From positions 808,127-872,126 of the forward strand of contig NW_027441456.1 in the NCBI RefSeq assembly GCF_964195595.1: 64,000 nucleotides of DNA, written 5' to 3'. A program made the translations under genes and the position numbers. Of the stretch, positions 28,571 through 41,572 are shown in pieces. The number at the start of each line of letters is the position of its first letter. Position 1 is the stretch's first letter. This DNA comes from Calonectris borealis. Taxonomy: Eukaryota. The notes under the pieces are model-generated. The model had not been told where the DNA came from. It saw only the letters and a list, made by a program, of their open reading frames with translations, and did no database searches.

Positions 28571-29940
28571 AGAATCATAGAATCATTAAGGTTGGAAAAG
28601 ACCTCTAAGATCATCGAGTCCAACCATCAACCCAACACCACCATGCCCACTACACCATGTCCCTAAGCGCCTCATCTACACGTCTTTTAAATACCTCCAG
28701 GGATGGTGACTCCACCACTTCCCTGGGCAGCCTGTTCCAAGGCCTGACCACTCTTTTAGTAAAGAAATTTCTCCTAATATCGAATCTAAACCTCCCTTGG
28801 CGCAACTTGAGGCCATTTCCTCTCGTCCTATCGCTAGTTACTTGGGAGAAGAGACCAACACCCACCTCGCTACAACCTCCTTCCAGGTAGTTGTAGAGCG
28901 CGATGAGGTCTCCCCTCAGCCTCCTCTTCTCCAGGCTAAACAACCCCAGTTCCCTCAGCCGCTCCTCATAAGACTTGTGCTCCAGGCCCTTCACCAGCTT
29001 CGTTGCCCTCCTCTGGACACGCTCCAGCACCTCCTTGTCCTTCTTGTAGTGAGGGGCCCAAAACTGAACACAGGATTCGAGGTGCGGCCTCACCAGTGCC
29101 CAGTACAGGGGCACGATCACCTCCCTGCTCCTGCTGGCCACACTATTTCTGATACAGGCCAGGATGCCGTTGGCCGCCTTGGCCACCTGGGCACACTGCT
29201 GGCTCATGTTCAGCTGTCGACCAGCACCCCCAGGTCCTTTTCCTCCGGGCAGCTGTCCAGCCACTCTTCCCCAAGCCTGTAGAGTTGCCTGGGGTTGTTG
29301 TGGCCGAAGTGCAGGACCCGGCACTTGGCCTTGTTGAACCTCATACAGTTGGCCTCAGCCCATCGATCCAGCCTGTCCAGGTCCCTCTGCAGAGCCTTCC
29401 TACCCTCGAGCAGATCAACACTCCCGCCCAGCTTGGTGTCATCTGCAAACTTACTGAGGGAGCACTCGATCCCCTCGTCCAGATCGTTGATAAAGATATT
29501 GAACGGGACCGGCCCCAGCACTGAGCCCTGGGGAACACCGCTCGTGACCGGCCGCCAACTGGATTTAACTCCGTTGACCACAACTCTCTGGGCTCGGCCG
29601 TCCAGCCAGTTTTTTACCCAGCGAAGAGTGCACCTGTCTAGGCCGTGAGCCGCCAGCTTCTCTAGGAGAACGCTGTGGGAGACAGTGTCAAAGGCCTTAC
29701 TGAAGTCCAGGTAGACCACATCTACAGCCTTTCCCTCATCCACTAGGCGGGTAATTGGTCATAGAAGGAGATCAGATTGGTCAAGCAGGACCTGCCTTCC
29801 ATGAACCCGTGCTGGCTGGGCCTGATCCCCTGGTTGTCCCGCACATGGCTTGTGAGTGCCCGCAAGACGAACCACTCCATGATCTTCCCCAGCACCGAGG
29901 TCAGGCTGACAGAAGCTGTTCTGTATCTTTTACCATCTTT
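28571..29940 (-). mobile_element. CR1 LINE (3' ~1.4 kb: ORF2 reverse-transcriptase C-terminal half plus 3' end with (ATTCTATG)n) inside ACADM intron 4
   Basis: Minus-strand ORFs 29210..29743 ([13 protein letters not shown]...FADDTKL... RT motifs) and 28650..29324 (...[47 protein letters not shown]). The 3' end is 'agaatcatagaatcattaaggttggaaaagacc'. Confidence 0.9.
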
Positions 29941-31431
29941 GTCATCTTTTTAGGAACCTCCTCCTTTTCCACAACACCCTTTTGAGGTGGACGGATGAGA
30001 CTGCATAATGAATTAAAGGGGCAAGTGCAATTTGGATTCGAGAAGCAGCATAATTATGGCTTCTCCTTTTTTTGTCATTCCCTTCTTAATTTTGGACCTT
30101 AAATGTATGGTTTTGACCACTTCTGGGCATTATGCTGACATCTTCACAAAACTATTTATTACAACCTGCAAAATCTCTTTTTTCCCCAGAGGTAGTAACT
30201 AGTTCAGAAGACACCATTTTATCTGGGAAGTTTGGATTGCTTCTTTCCTTTCTTGTGGGCATAATTTTTCCTATTTTGAATTTCAGCTGCCATTTTAACA
30301 GTCACCCAGTTTCACGACCTTCTCCTACAGCTCTTCGCACCAGCTCATCTTTTCTATACTGCATAACTCAGTATTATCAGTAAACTCTATGACCTCACTA
30401 TTGACCTCCTTTTCCAGATTATTTATAGATATCCCAAATAGCACAAGCGCCAGCAAGACTGTGCTGCTGATTTTTCCACTATGAAACCTCATGAATTTTC
30501 AAATTCATTTTGGAAGACCAACCAGGCGTCCCCTGCTCACACATTTATTAGCTACTTCAGAGAACTCCAGTTATTTTTCGTGCCATGAATTCCTTTTATG
30601 AAAACCCTTCTCTAGCACATGATGTTTATGTGTGTCCACTCTATCTATCACGTTACTTGCTCTTAATTTACATGGTATATCAGGCTTACTAGTATGTATA
30701 ATCCCAGCTCTCCCTTGCAGACCTTGTAAAGGAATGGCGTCCAATTTGTCACTTGTAAGTTTTAACTTAATAACCAAGTGATTACACATTGCAGTAGCCC
30801 AGCTATTTCAGCCTTGAGTTTCCCTAGAATTTGTGACTGAATAAATGTTATCCTCACAACTGCTCCTTTTGTCTCTTTGTTCCTTAACCTTGTTAATTAC
30901 ATTTTTGAAACAAGATATACCCTCTGATGAGTCTTCAAAAAAAATAGGGTCTGCTATGGACATGTCCCCAACTTCTTTTTCAGGTAAAAATCTAAAATTT
31001 AACATTTTTTCCATGGTTAGTCATATACCTAAGCACTGCCAAAGCACTGCTGTACTGCATGTCATCTAAACTGGAAAACTATCCTCTGGAATAAACTCTT
31101 AAATTGCTCCAGCCTGGGTCAGAGACTAGATCAAAGTATGACCTTCTAATTTCTCTGCCTCATCAGCAGACACAGTGCATCAGGGGAACATTAGGCAGTT
31201 GTAATCATGGTAGAAAACCTGGTCATAAATTACTAAATCGTGATCTGTCCAATTTGTTGCCTGATTACACCCACCTCTAGTAACACTTGTGTCAACCTGC
31301 CTACTGACTAAATTTAGAGTATTCAAGTACGCAACTGTTCATTTTATGCAGAATCCATAATTACACATATAAATCTCCTCTAAGGTCTTTTCTGTGTTTT
31401 ATTTTACAGATTAAAAAGAACGTTTACTTAC

Positions 31432-31501
31432 CACAGCTTTCTGGTATGTGTGAATTTATAAGACCAAGTTCCCAAGCTCGTTTTATGAGCGGAAGAGGAT
31501 A
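31432..31501 (-). CDS. ACADM: ACADM exon 4: [23 protein letters not shown](G)
   Basis: Acceptor 'ttatttcag', donor 'gtaagtaaac'. Human: [24 protein letters not shown]. Confidence 0.92.
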
Positions 31502-31610
31502 CTGAAATAAACAGGGAGAATCACCTTCTGATTCATCACAGTTAACATTTTTAATTTTATGCAGGTTAAGATAACAATCTGTTTTTTCCCCTACTGCATG
31601 GTAGATTTAC

Positions 31611-31708
31611 CTCTCCAGTTTTGTCATATTGTGCAGCAACAGGAATAATTTCCTCCACAGCAAATTTACGAGCAGTAGCTTGAAACTCTTTCTGTTCATC
31701 AGTAAGTT
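31611..31708 (-). CDS. ACADM: ACADM exon 3: (E)[32 protein letters not shown]
   Basis: Acceptor 'ttaatag', donor 'gtaaatc'. Human: [33 protein letters not shown]. Confidence 0.92.
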
Positions 31709-32530
31709 CTATTAAAAAAAGAAAGTAAAAAATAAAGTCACAAATTCTGTACTCTCTTTAATTTTGCCAGCTGTCAAACTACGAGAAAAGAAAAAACAAG
31801 TCTCAGTTATTTCCAGGACAATTCAAACTACCTTCCTGGGCCTCTCCAGAAACCAAAGCAGCTCAAGTTCCTCTTTCTCTCTAGAGAAAACCTCTGCTGA
31901 TCTCTAACGAACATCTACAATGCACTTACTTCTGACAAATTATCCACAAAATATTGAAAGTGGAGTAGGGAGTACTATGTAACATAAAATGTACTACCAA
32001 AAGAAACGAGAAGCATGCTATGCTAATTAAATGAAGGAGGACATGGAGGCCGATAAATGTTCCTTATTTGACAATTCTGGCTACTCGGTTTCAAACATCT
32101 AGCTGCTGACCCTGAATTTGCTTTTAGGTATATAATATGCCAAGATGAGAATGAATTTCTTTATAACATTTCTTTATAACAAAGTTCAACTAAGACTACA
32201 TACAGTTATTTTAATGTTTTAAAAGCCAGTGTGAGATAATTATTCAAACCTAAGGCGACTTTGGCAATAAAAAAAGCTCAAGACAGACATTAGTTAAAAA
32301 AAGAAGAAAATCTCATAAATATCACACAAATACGTGGCTTTCCTGCGCTGGAGAAGAAGGTAATTTTGGTTTTCGAATACTTTTTAAAAAAAGAATAGAA
32401 ATCTATTCAGAATAAATACCTTCATTGTAAATTCATACTGAACTGCAATACAGTTGTTTTGGGGTTTTTTTTCCTAACTCCGCAATTTGTCCTTGATGGT
32501 TTCATTTCTTTCAAAAACTGCAATACTTAC

Positions 32531-32630
32531 CAAAGCTAAAGCCAGCTCCAGGTTTGCTTATATGTACGTTTTGAGCAGGTTTACTAGCATGTGATCTCCA
32601 TCCATGCCCTGCAATGGTTCGGAGCATCTG
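32531..32630 (-). CDS. ACADM: ACADM exon 2: QMLRTIAGHGWRSHASKPAQNVHISKPGAGFSF(G)
   Basis: Acceptor 'tttccttcag', donor 'gtaagtattg'. Aligns with human [29 protein letters not shown]. Confidence 0.85.
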
Positions 32631-33479
32631 CTGAAGGAAAAAAGAAGATGAGGTGTAAGACCTTTGCAGCTCAAGTCTCATAAAGCTACCAGCCTGACTG
32701 CAGCACAACTGCAACACGAAGCATGAAGAACACAGGCAAGAATAGGTATCAACACAGTGAAAAAAAGTATTTTCAGAGAATACTGAAAACACCTATAAAG
32801 TTAAAAGGTGAAGAAATGCAGGAAGACCACTGCTAGGCATAGAAGCACTGAATACTGAACTGTTAAGTGAGTGTTTTAATAGTTCAGGATTGTATTTTCC
32901 AGTAGGCGGTATATTACTCACTTGGAGTTTTCACAAGCCACAGTCATTGCAAAATGGTATGTTGGTTTCTTACCTAAGTTTTACCTTCTTACCTAAGCTT
33001 TTTTACCTAACACTGTAGGTAAGAAACTGTTATGTAGAAAACCAAACCAATCAAACAATACCAACAAATATCTAGAAAGACCTCGATCCTTCCAGATGTT
33101 TTATACCTGATTTTGCCTGGAAACAGACAAGAAGATGAGGTTGAGAAAGAGCCAGGTAATTGTAATCGTGTTTGGTTTTCTTTTTTCTAAAGGATGATCC
33201 AGTCATGTATAGCTTTGCCACCAAAAAGTTTTGTCCAAACTAGAAAAAGTCCTGAAATCAAAATAACGCTAAAGGTGATACCCCACATGAAAGAAGCTGT
33301 CAAGTTTATGCTAGAGAACTTAAGTCTGTCGCGGTTTTCATACCTGAGTGGTGTGCAAGGTCAACACCGCAGGTTACTCTGAAAAAACCTGACACTCCCC
33401 CCAACAAATGGAAATATGAATTGGACGGGGGGGTTCATACCTGGAGGTGGCACAAAAGGGGGAACAAATGACCGCGGTT

Positions 33480-34560
33480 CACAACATGTAAGGATTTGGG
33501 CGACCACCTGCCTGCTCCGTCAACCTCCCTCTGGTCTGACTGGGTGGATTCAGTGACATGGTAGCCACGCTCAAACCCGACTCCTTGCGCCTTACACCAG
33601 CTCTACCGCCGCTGGACACGCCACCGCGGCTGCGGTGCGACTGTTGGCGGGGCTGAACTCCAACCACCGGTGCCCGACGCCTCGCCCTCCATCTGCGAGG
33701 GACCGGCTGCCGCCGCTGTCACAGCGACGCTTTGGGCAGGTGGCCGCGTCCCGCTGGGGGACATTGCTGCTGCCGCCCGAGGGACGCGGCCGCCCGGCCG
33801 CCCTGACCCAGCGCCCTTCACCTCTGCCCCAGTTCAGGAGCGGCTCTGGAAACGGGGAGAGCGGGAAAAGGGCCGGTGCGAACACGGCGCTGCCGGGCCG
33901 AGGCCCCCTGGCGCTGCCGGTTCGGTGACCCCTCACAGGAGGAGCACCTTCCGCTCCCCGCGGCGAGGTTAGCTCCTCGGAAAACAACTTCCACAGACCG
34001 CGTATTAGAGCGCGCCTCCGGCAGCGCGGCCAGGGACGCGTCGGGAAAGGCCGCACCGAGTTCGTGAGGGGAAGCAGGCGCCGGGGGGCCGCCTCCAGGC
34101 CCGGCAGCCAGCCCGACGGCGGGCCGAGAGCCCCCGGGGCCGGGGCCGGCAGCGCCCGCCCGGGCCCTGGCGCCGGCGGCACGGCCCCCGCCCCAAGGCG
34201 GCAGTTGCGGCGGGCGGCAGCCAGGCTCGCCCCGAGGCCTCCGGCGCGCCCCGTCCCCCCCCGGCCGCCAGGGCCCGTCCCGGCCGCTCACCCGGCTGGC
34301 TCCGAAGGCGGACATCTTGGCGAGGACGCCCGGCGGCGGGCGGGGAGGGGGGGCCTGCGGGGCCCGGGCCTGCCCGCTCCGCCCGCCCCGGCCCGGGAGG
34401 TCCCTCCCCCCGCGCAGGCCCAGCCCGGCGGCGGCTGGAGGGGCGTTCGTGCCCTTCCTCTGCTGCGGGGCTGCCTGCGGCCGCCCGTTCCTCTCCCCGG
34501 CCGCGGGAAGTGCCCCGCGGTTTCGCTAGGAACAACTTTTGTCGGTCTGGCGTTTTTAAC
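33480..34560. promoter_or_regulatory. CpG island and promoter of ACADM (TSS expected ~34320-34450). Extremely GC-rich, with G-runs.
   Basis: >75% GC with dense CpG. Contains the ACADM start codon and a G-tract at 34340-34350 (gggcggggaggggggg). Confidence 0.8.
34292..34315 (-). CDS. ACADM: ACADM exon 1 coding part: MSAFGASR, donor GTGAGC
   Basis: rc of 'ctcacccggctggctccgaaggcggacat' = ATG TCC GCC TTC GGA GCC AGC CGG|gtgagc. Lies in a CpG island. Human exon 1 likewise encodes only a short leader (MAAGFGRCCR). Confidence 0.7.
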
Positions 34561-36649
34561 AGAGTTGCTGAAATATAAATGCCTTTTCTGAAAGCTGCAT
34601 TTTGGATAGCATTTTATTTTGCGTAACACTTCAAAATAAGGCGTGCCAAATATTTTTAGCACCGTTATTGCCTTGGCGTGTTTGATTCCTGGTTGCTTGG
34701 TTTGTGGCCGACAGCTGTGACTATGGACTTTGTACTTAATGCAGCAGAAACGTTTCCGTAGGTAGCTAGCTGCGTGAGAGTTATTTTGGCACATACAGCA
34801 GCAGATTAAAAAGAAGCTGGTTGTAATCTGCACAGGCTGTGTACTGACATGAGTCCAGGGGTTTACTGACACTAGGGACCGCTGATTTTTCACTCCAATA
34901 TCAGTGGATTTTTTCTCCCTCTACTTTAAGGCTAGTTGAGTAAAAGGTAATTTGTAACCTTATGTTATTCAAATATTTAATGAAGATTTTCGCATGTTCT
35001 TCCAGTTTTAAATCGAGTCTCAAGTACACGGGATTGGGGGGGGGGCTTTTAAATACCAGCTCTCAAGACTGCATTCTGTGCGCCACTTTATATAGGGTTC
35101 TGCTCCATAGGTCATGTTTCTGACTATGGTGTGGAATTCCTGAGCAGCCCACTTTCTGTTCACGTATTATTTCTCTCTTATTTGTATAGTTTCTGCATAC
35201 CTTGTATCTCAGTATTCCTCAGTTGATTTATGATTACAACAGCCCTGTGATGTGGAGAAATATATTCATCCCGTTTTACCGATAAAGGTTTTAACAGGTT
35301 TGGGGTTTTTTGATGAGCAGCGTGGCTTTTACTGTGAGTACGCTAACACCCACAACACAATTCTAGAGGCAGGAAGGTGGGTTCAGTGTCCGTATGGAAA
35401 GGTAATGGCACAGGTAATATACGCTCTCCTGGGTAACAAACTGAGTCAGGTGCCTGAATGAGCATCTGTAAGGATGCCATACACTGAGGATTACTAGTTG
35501 CTGGAAGGGATTTAGATACAATAGGGATCAGAATTGACACATTATTTCTGGGTGCCTTCAAGCTTAGGATCCATAACCCTTCAGTAAGTAAAAAGCTCCT
35601 ATAATTTGCGACGAAGCAATGACCTGGTACGGAGGGCGAGAAGGTCCAGCTGCGGAAGGGGTTAAACTGGCTGGAAGCAGGAATGCCAGGGTGAAGTTTC
35701 CCTTGGTGACGAGATAAGAAGCAGCCTGGTCTTGCAGCCATCCCTTGAACGCAAGCGAGCTCAGGGGCCGCGGAGCTGGGCTGGGGATGGACCCCAGGCC
35801 GGGCTGAGGCCCTCCGTGCCAATGCTTGCAGGGTGGGTGTTGGTCCCAGTGCGTTTAAGGAATCGGCTTAAAGTTAGCAATTCTAATCTAGGCTGAAGTG
35901 TTTTTTTTTTAGCAGTAGTTATAAATGTTTTACTGTTTCGGGTTTTTTTTAATTATTAGGAACAAACTGTATTCTAGCATTTGCTAATGCATCATTATTT
36001 TAGAAATGGAAAGCAACTTGAATGTTATGCAGGGATTGATGTAGTGCAAGTTACTGAAGCTACTGCTGTGAAAGAACATTTTAAAATTCAATTAAAATAT
36101 TTTCAGGTATATTTTTAGCTTTTTTGATTCCCGGGTATCACAAACATTACTTCATTTCAAATTTCCAATCTTTTTTAATTATAAAGCCATATCTGCTCAA
36201 AGTCTTGGAGGCTTTTAATTTGACTACTGTATGTAAACACATCAAATATTTTTTTTTAATGTCATAAAAAGGTGCTGAGTTACATTTCTATGACTATTTA
36301 ACATGAACTATGAAGAAAAAAAAGGGACAGATATACAGAGCTTGAGAACAAATAAAAACCTGGTAACACTTTTGGCTTGTCTGGCTTTCTGAAGACACAG
36401 AAGGTTAGTGCAAGGCTCAGAAGATAGCTTCTGCATCATGCCTTAGAAGAAAGGTCACCTGTCCTGACTTTTTTCAAAGTATGATGAAATTTAGTTTAGG
36501 GTTTTTCAGGACTAGCTACTTTAAGGAACAAGTACTTACTTAGACAACAACGGCTTTAACTTGTGTGAAATATAAACGAATTAATCATCAAAAAAAATAC
36601 AATGCAGTAAGGGCTATCTATGTGTAAAGGAAACATCCAGGACATTTTA

Positions 36650-39400
36650 GCACTAAATCGCTTCTAATCATCATGTTGAAATATGCTGATCAGGATGCAA
36701 ACCAGAAGGTCCGGGATGTAGGAGGGGGGTGGTGGGACTGTCCAAACTGGTGCAGGAGTGGGGGGGAAAGGGAGCTGGGAAGGGGGGCGGGCAAAGGAGG
36801 GAGAGACAGAAAGGGGTGCAGAAGGGACCAGCCGTGGGTGAAATGGGGCAGTTAGTGCCCTCCTCGGACGAGCTCTGCCCCTGATCACCGCAGTCTGTCC
36901 TGTCTTCTTCTGTCTTCTTATCACATCTTTTTTTACCAGTCTCTTAAAACCTTGTCTTAACTGTCTCTTTTAAAACCTTGTCTTAACTGTCTCTCTGTGT
37001 AATCTCAGTCTCTATCCCATGTGCATGTGTGCTGCAGCGACTAAGTGCCAGCTCTGGCGAGATCTGCATGTGAGGGTGAAAATTGGTGCCAGCTACTGGG
37101 GTCAGACCGGGGGTGTGGGCACCCCTGGAGCGAGTGGGGTCCCAGTGCAGCCACTGGAGTGAATGCGGGGGTCCCAGTGCAGCTACTGGAGCCAGTGGGA
37201 GTCTTTAATCTGCAGCCACTATGGCAGCAACACTGTCCCCAAAACCAGCTACTGGAGGGGACCGGCATGAGTGAGGCGAGTGAGGGGCTCCGTGCTGGCA
37301 CCTGGAGCAGGACCGCAGGTCACAGCCCATGTGCCTGGTGCCAGCTGCTGAGGGGGCGAGGGTCTGTATCCCCCCAAACCGGCTGTGCGTGGGGCGTCTG
37401 TGGGTATTCACCAGCAAACTTCAGGCTGGACCAGCCACGAGCAGGGGGGCCTCGGGTCCAGGCTGGGGTGTCAGGAGGGCAGGGGTCTGTGCTGGTACCC
37501 GGGGGGACCCACGAGTGTGGGATGCCCGTGGGATGGGCGTGCGAGTGCTGCGTGTTTGCAGTGAGCACCGAGCTGGAGCAGCTGGCAAGTTAGGGACCCG
37601 TGGGGTGGGTCAGAGGGCCGGGGTCTGGGCAGGGGTCCCAGGTGGCAGAGGGTCCGTGCCGGTGCTCAGGGGACCCCTGAGCCTGCGTGTGCGCCTGCAC
37701 GAGTGACTGTCTGTCTGTGCCAGCCCCCGAGGAGGACGGGGACGTGGCTGTGGGTGCTGGTGTGTGACGGGGGTCCCGGGCGTGGGTGCTGCTGGCAGCA
37801 GTGTCTTGGCTGTGGCAGGCTGTGTGACCGGCTGTGTCTGTGTGTCCTCTGTGTGTCCTGTGTCTGTGTGTGTCTCTGGGACACGTGTGCAGCTTCGCTG
37901 CTGGTTGAACCTGCAAAGGGGAAAGCAGCAGCTCTCTCCCTCATCCTGGGCAGAGACCCTGGGTCCCCAGGGGGGTCCTGGGCCGGATTTGCTGGAGGCG
38001 GTGGCAGCTCCTGACACGCCTTGACAGCCCACTCTGCTCTCCCGCTTGCACAACTCCCTCACCTCTGCCAGAGCGCAGCTCCCACAGGGGAGGATCATCT
38101 CCTCCGCAACACCAGCCTTGCTTAGTCACCTGCTTTCCTGAGCAGTTTCTTAGCCCCTTTGCTCCCCGCTGCAATGTTGGATGAAATACACGTGCTCGTC
38201 CCTGGGCTTCAGCAGGGACTGAAACAGCATGGACAGACCCGCAGCGAACAGCCTTCTGCATCAGCTTATTCCCACTGAAAGGGCCAAGGTGGCTTAGAGG
38301 TGGCAGCAGTGACTCTCCGGGGTCTAGCAGGGACAGCTACGGACCATGACATCGTGACTTCAGAACAGCCCCAGCTCAGAAACTGGCAGTCATTTTTCCT
38401 CTGCAAATTTACCTTCCTTTTACCTTCCTGCACATTGCAACCAGACTTTACTTCTGTGTTCTCCGTCCCCTCCACACCGGACCAAGGGCTCACAGCACAA
38501 GCACCTCAACCATCCCCATCACCCAGCCACCCACCAGCCTGCACTGTCCATCCCAGCCGCAGCCCCTTGCAGCCCCGAGCAGCTCCTCAGGTCCTCCTCT
38601 GGGTCCTGCTGTGGCTCTCCCACCAGGAGCTTGACCAGGACGGTCACCCCCAGTGAACCTGCCAGGCCAAGGCACGTGCTCAGACTGGCCAGAGCCGCAG
38701 CCACACGCACATCCCAGCCTCCGGCAGACCTGCCGTCCCGTCCCTGACCCCCCAGGGAGGCACCACTGGAGAAGTTTGGCTTTTGCTGTCACTGAGCGCA
38801 GGAGTGAGGAGGGAGGAGAGGACAGGCTCGTCCGTGCAAGCATCGTTATTGGCTTGCCAGCTTTGCGAATGTGCTTGAAGATGCTTGTCTGTAGAGACAG
38901 TGAACACAAGACTGCCACTGCTCCAAACGACTCCTTCTCAGTTGTTTTTGAGGCAGAAAGAGGAGAGTCACTGGTGAGGATGACATTGGCGCCCACATGC
39001 GCAGAGCAGGAGAGATGAGCACTCCATCCCCTCAACCATCATCGCACTCCACTGGTCAATGTGGTCCAGCTTTGGTTCCCCCAGCCCCTCTGCCAGGCAG
39101 GTGCTCAGCTGGGACAGATCCAGACCATCAGCCAGCACAACCCCCCTGGCCGCGCTGCCCGGAACCCAGCCCCTTCCCGGGGGGCTGAACCACCAAGATT
39201 TCGGTTGTCGGCCAAGTGCGCTCACCTGCTGCGCTGCAGAGCTCTTGGGTGGAGGTGTCCTGGGGCACAGCACAGGCGTGGAGACAGTCCCTGATGCTGT
39301 GGGAAGGGTAGGGTCCCTCAGCCCACCCACACCCCCAGCCCCCAGGAGAGGGGAAGCCATCCTTCACCCCACCCCAGGGGTGCAGGGGGAGGCCCCGTGC
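36650..39400. repeat. GC-rich, minisatellite-laden intergenic block. Sub-arrays: ~37060-37300 imperfect ~35-45-bp repeats ('ccagctactgg...ggtcccagtgcag'), 37780-37900 GT-rich (ctgtgtg)n, 36940-37000 direct duplicate 'ccttgtcttaactgtctct'.
   Basis: Repeats are visible in the sequence. Both strands carry Pro/Gly/Arg-rich pseudo-ORFs with no recognisable homology. Confidence 0.6.
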
Positions 39401-39859
39401 CTGGGTGAGGGTTTGCGGGCACTCCAAGCCCAGGACCCCTCTTTCCCATCCTACGTCCCCGCCACCGCCCCCCCTGCCATCGGAGCCTGGGACACCTCAC
39501 CCAAGGGAGGGCACTTGCCTGGCCCCTTCCCTGCTCCTGCTGCTGCAGTCGGGGACAGACGTGACACACACAGGAGTGTTGCACTGGGTGGCAGGAGGAG
39601 GGATTTGCTCCTCTCCGTTGACTCACCTGCAGTCACAGAGACACTGAAGAGAGAGGACCTGTCCCCAGCAGAGCCACAATCCCAACCTCCCCCATCCCAG
39701 CCTGCAGCCTCGCAGGAGGCTTCAAACGCTGCTTTCCGAACAGCCTGCCCCCAGCATGTACTGGTGCACTGGTCCAGCCCACGTGCTGGACTTTGCACTT
39801 TGCGACTTTGCAAATGTAAGAAAAAATGGGTTTTTTACTGTGAGCGTGATCAAGCGTCA

Positions 39860-39995
39860 GACCTGGCTACCAGAGAAGTTGTGGATTCTCAGTCCTTGGA
39901 GGTATTCAAAACCCGATGGGACATGACCTAGGCAACCTGCTCTAGCTGACCCTGCTTGAGCAGGGGTTTTCGTCCCTTCCCAGCCCAGCTATTCT
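39860..39995 (+). mobile_element. CR1 3'-terminal fragment
   Basis: ORF 39059..39931 ends '...REVVDSQSLEVFKTRWDMT', the CR1 ORF2 C-terminus, followed by 'ttcccagcccagctattctgtgattttgtg'. Confidence 0.6.
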
Positions 39996-41572
39996 GTGAT
40001 TTTGTGTTTCTGTGAATCCTCTCCCAGGCACCTTCAGGCACACCTGGCTTGTCTACCTGGTTACAGGTACAAACTGCTGCCTATTCATGCCAGAGTCCCC
40101 TTGCGACATAACCAATCCTTAATCCTGTCACTACACTCACAGAAGAACAGCAAGGCAGGAGGAGGAAGGACCTGGACATGTATTTACAGGCATTTACTGG
40201 GAGTCCAAAGGAGTTAAAAGAAGAGAACATTTCTGAGCAGCTCAGGGAACTCCTGCTTTGCCACTGTGATGTGGTTTGTTGTGGACTGAAAATCAGACCC
40301 CGGAAAGATTTCCTGGGTGCCATCCCTAGGGATTGTCTGGCACTAGGAGAGTCCAGAGATTGGCACCAGCTACAGGACGGGAGGAAAATGTCACAACCTG
40401 AGGAGATCCCCGAGTCAGGCCTTTTTTGCAAAATCAGAAAAAATTCTCCTGGATAAAAGCATAGCTAAACGAAAGAGACAGAAGCACCCTCCTTTGAAGC
40501 TGTCAAATCAGAACTATCAAAATCTTCATCAGTGAGCCCTTGGAACAGGAAAAACACCCGCTCCTATATACAAAGTTCGCAGAAACTTCAAGAAGGAGGG
40601 CCTACGCTCATCTGTCTGTACCCTCAGCACTGTTCTCTACATCCCTACCCTAACTCCCTCTGCCCGCTGCTTCCCTCCCACCCTAACGGAGATCCAGACA
40701 GGACCCCTTCAAGCTGCCGTCATGCCTGAGCAGAACTCAGTCCCCAGCAGCATCTCACACCCTCGTCATGACACTCAGCCAAGACTGCAGCGATGTCCCA
40801 ACCAGACACGCTGGTAACCCCTTTTTGGCATTAAAGGGAATATCCATAAATGCAGCAAACATCTCCTCATTCCCGATTCACTTTTAACTTTTAGCCTATC
40901 TCTGTGAGAACATCATGAGGCCAGAGACCTTGCTCAAGAAATGCGACATTTATTCCATCTGGGCTTTTCCTCTTTCAGGGAGCCAGCTCCTGCTGTGTTC
41001 CTTCATTTAATACAGATCTGATCAACCTTTGGAGAGAAGCAGAGAAGAACAACTGTTAAATCTGCCTGATACTGACCACCGCCTGACACCAGGGACCAAT
41101 AGCACCTCTGCTTCACCCCATCCTGCTCCTAAGTGCCTGCCAGAGCCCCCTCTTGCTGTCATCCCCGTTCCCCAACTGCTGCTCTCCCTGCCCAGGAGCT
41201 GTCACATGGAGGGGAGTGGGGAGGTTAAAAGGCTGAGCTGGTCTGAGCATTTCTGCTCCCCTGAAGACCCTTCACCAAGGCAATTCCTCTTTGTTCAAAG
41301 CATGCAAACCACAATCAGCACACCCTTTATGCAAGTAATTGAGACTCATCTGTGCTTCAGCCAGTGGAAACAAGCAGGGTGCCTATTTTAGTTGATTCTT
41401 CAGCCAAAACGGCACAGTGCAAGACCTTGCGGTCTTAGGAAAACTCCATCAGCAGCCCCACGAATGATCTGGCCTGAACAGACCCTGGCCTTCCTTCAAA
41501 ATAAGGACCTTCATAACAGAACCCTTCTTTCGCTGAGAAGAGACACAACCTACCCACACTTGCAGCGCAAAG

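Noticed and set aside
35252-35822. ORFs 35252..35461 and 35343..35822 just beyond the ACADM promoter
   Set aside because: No homology, opposite-strand overlap, no splice/Kozak support.
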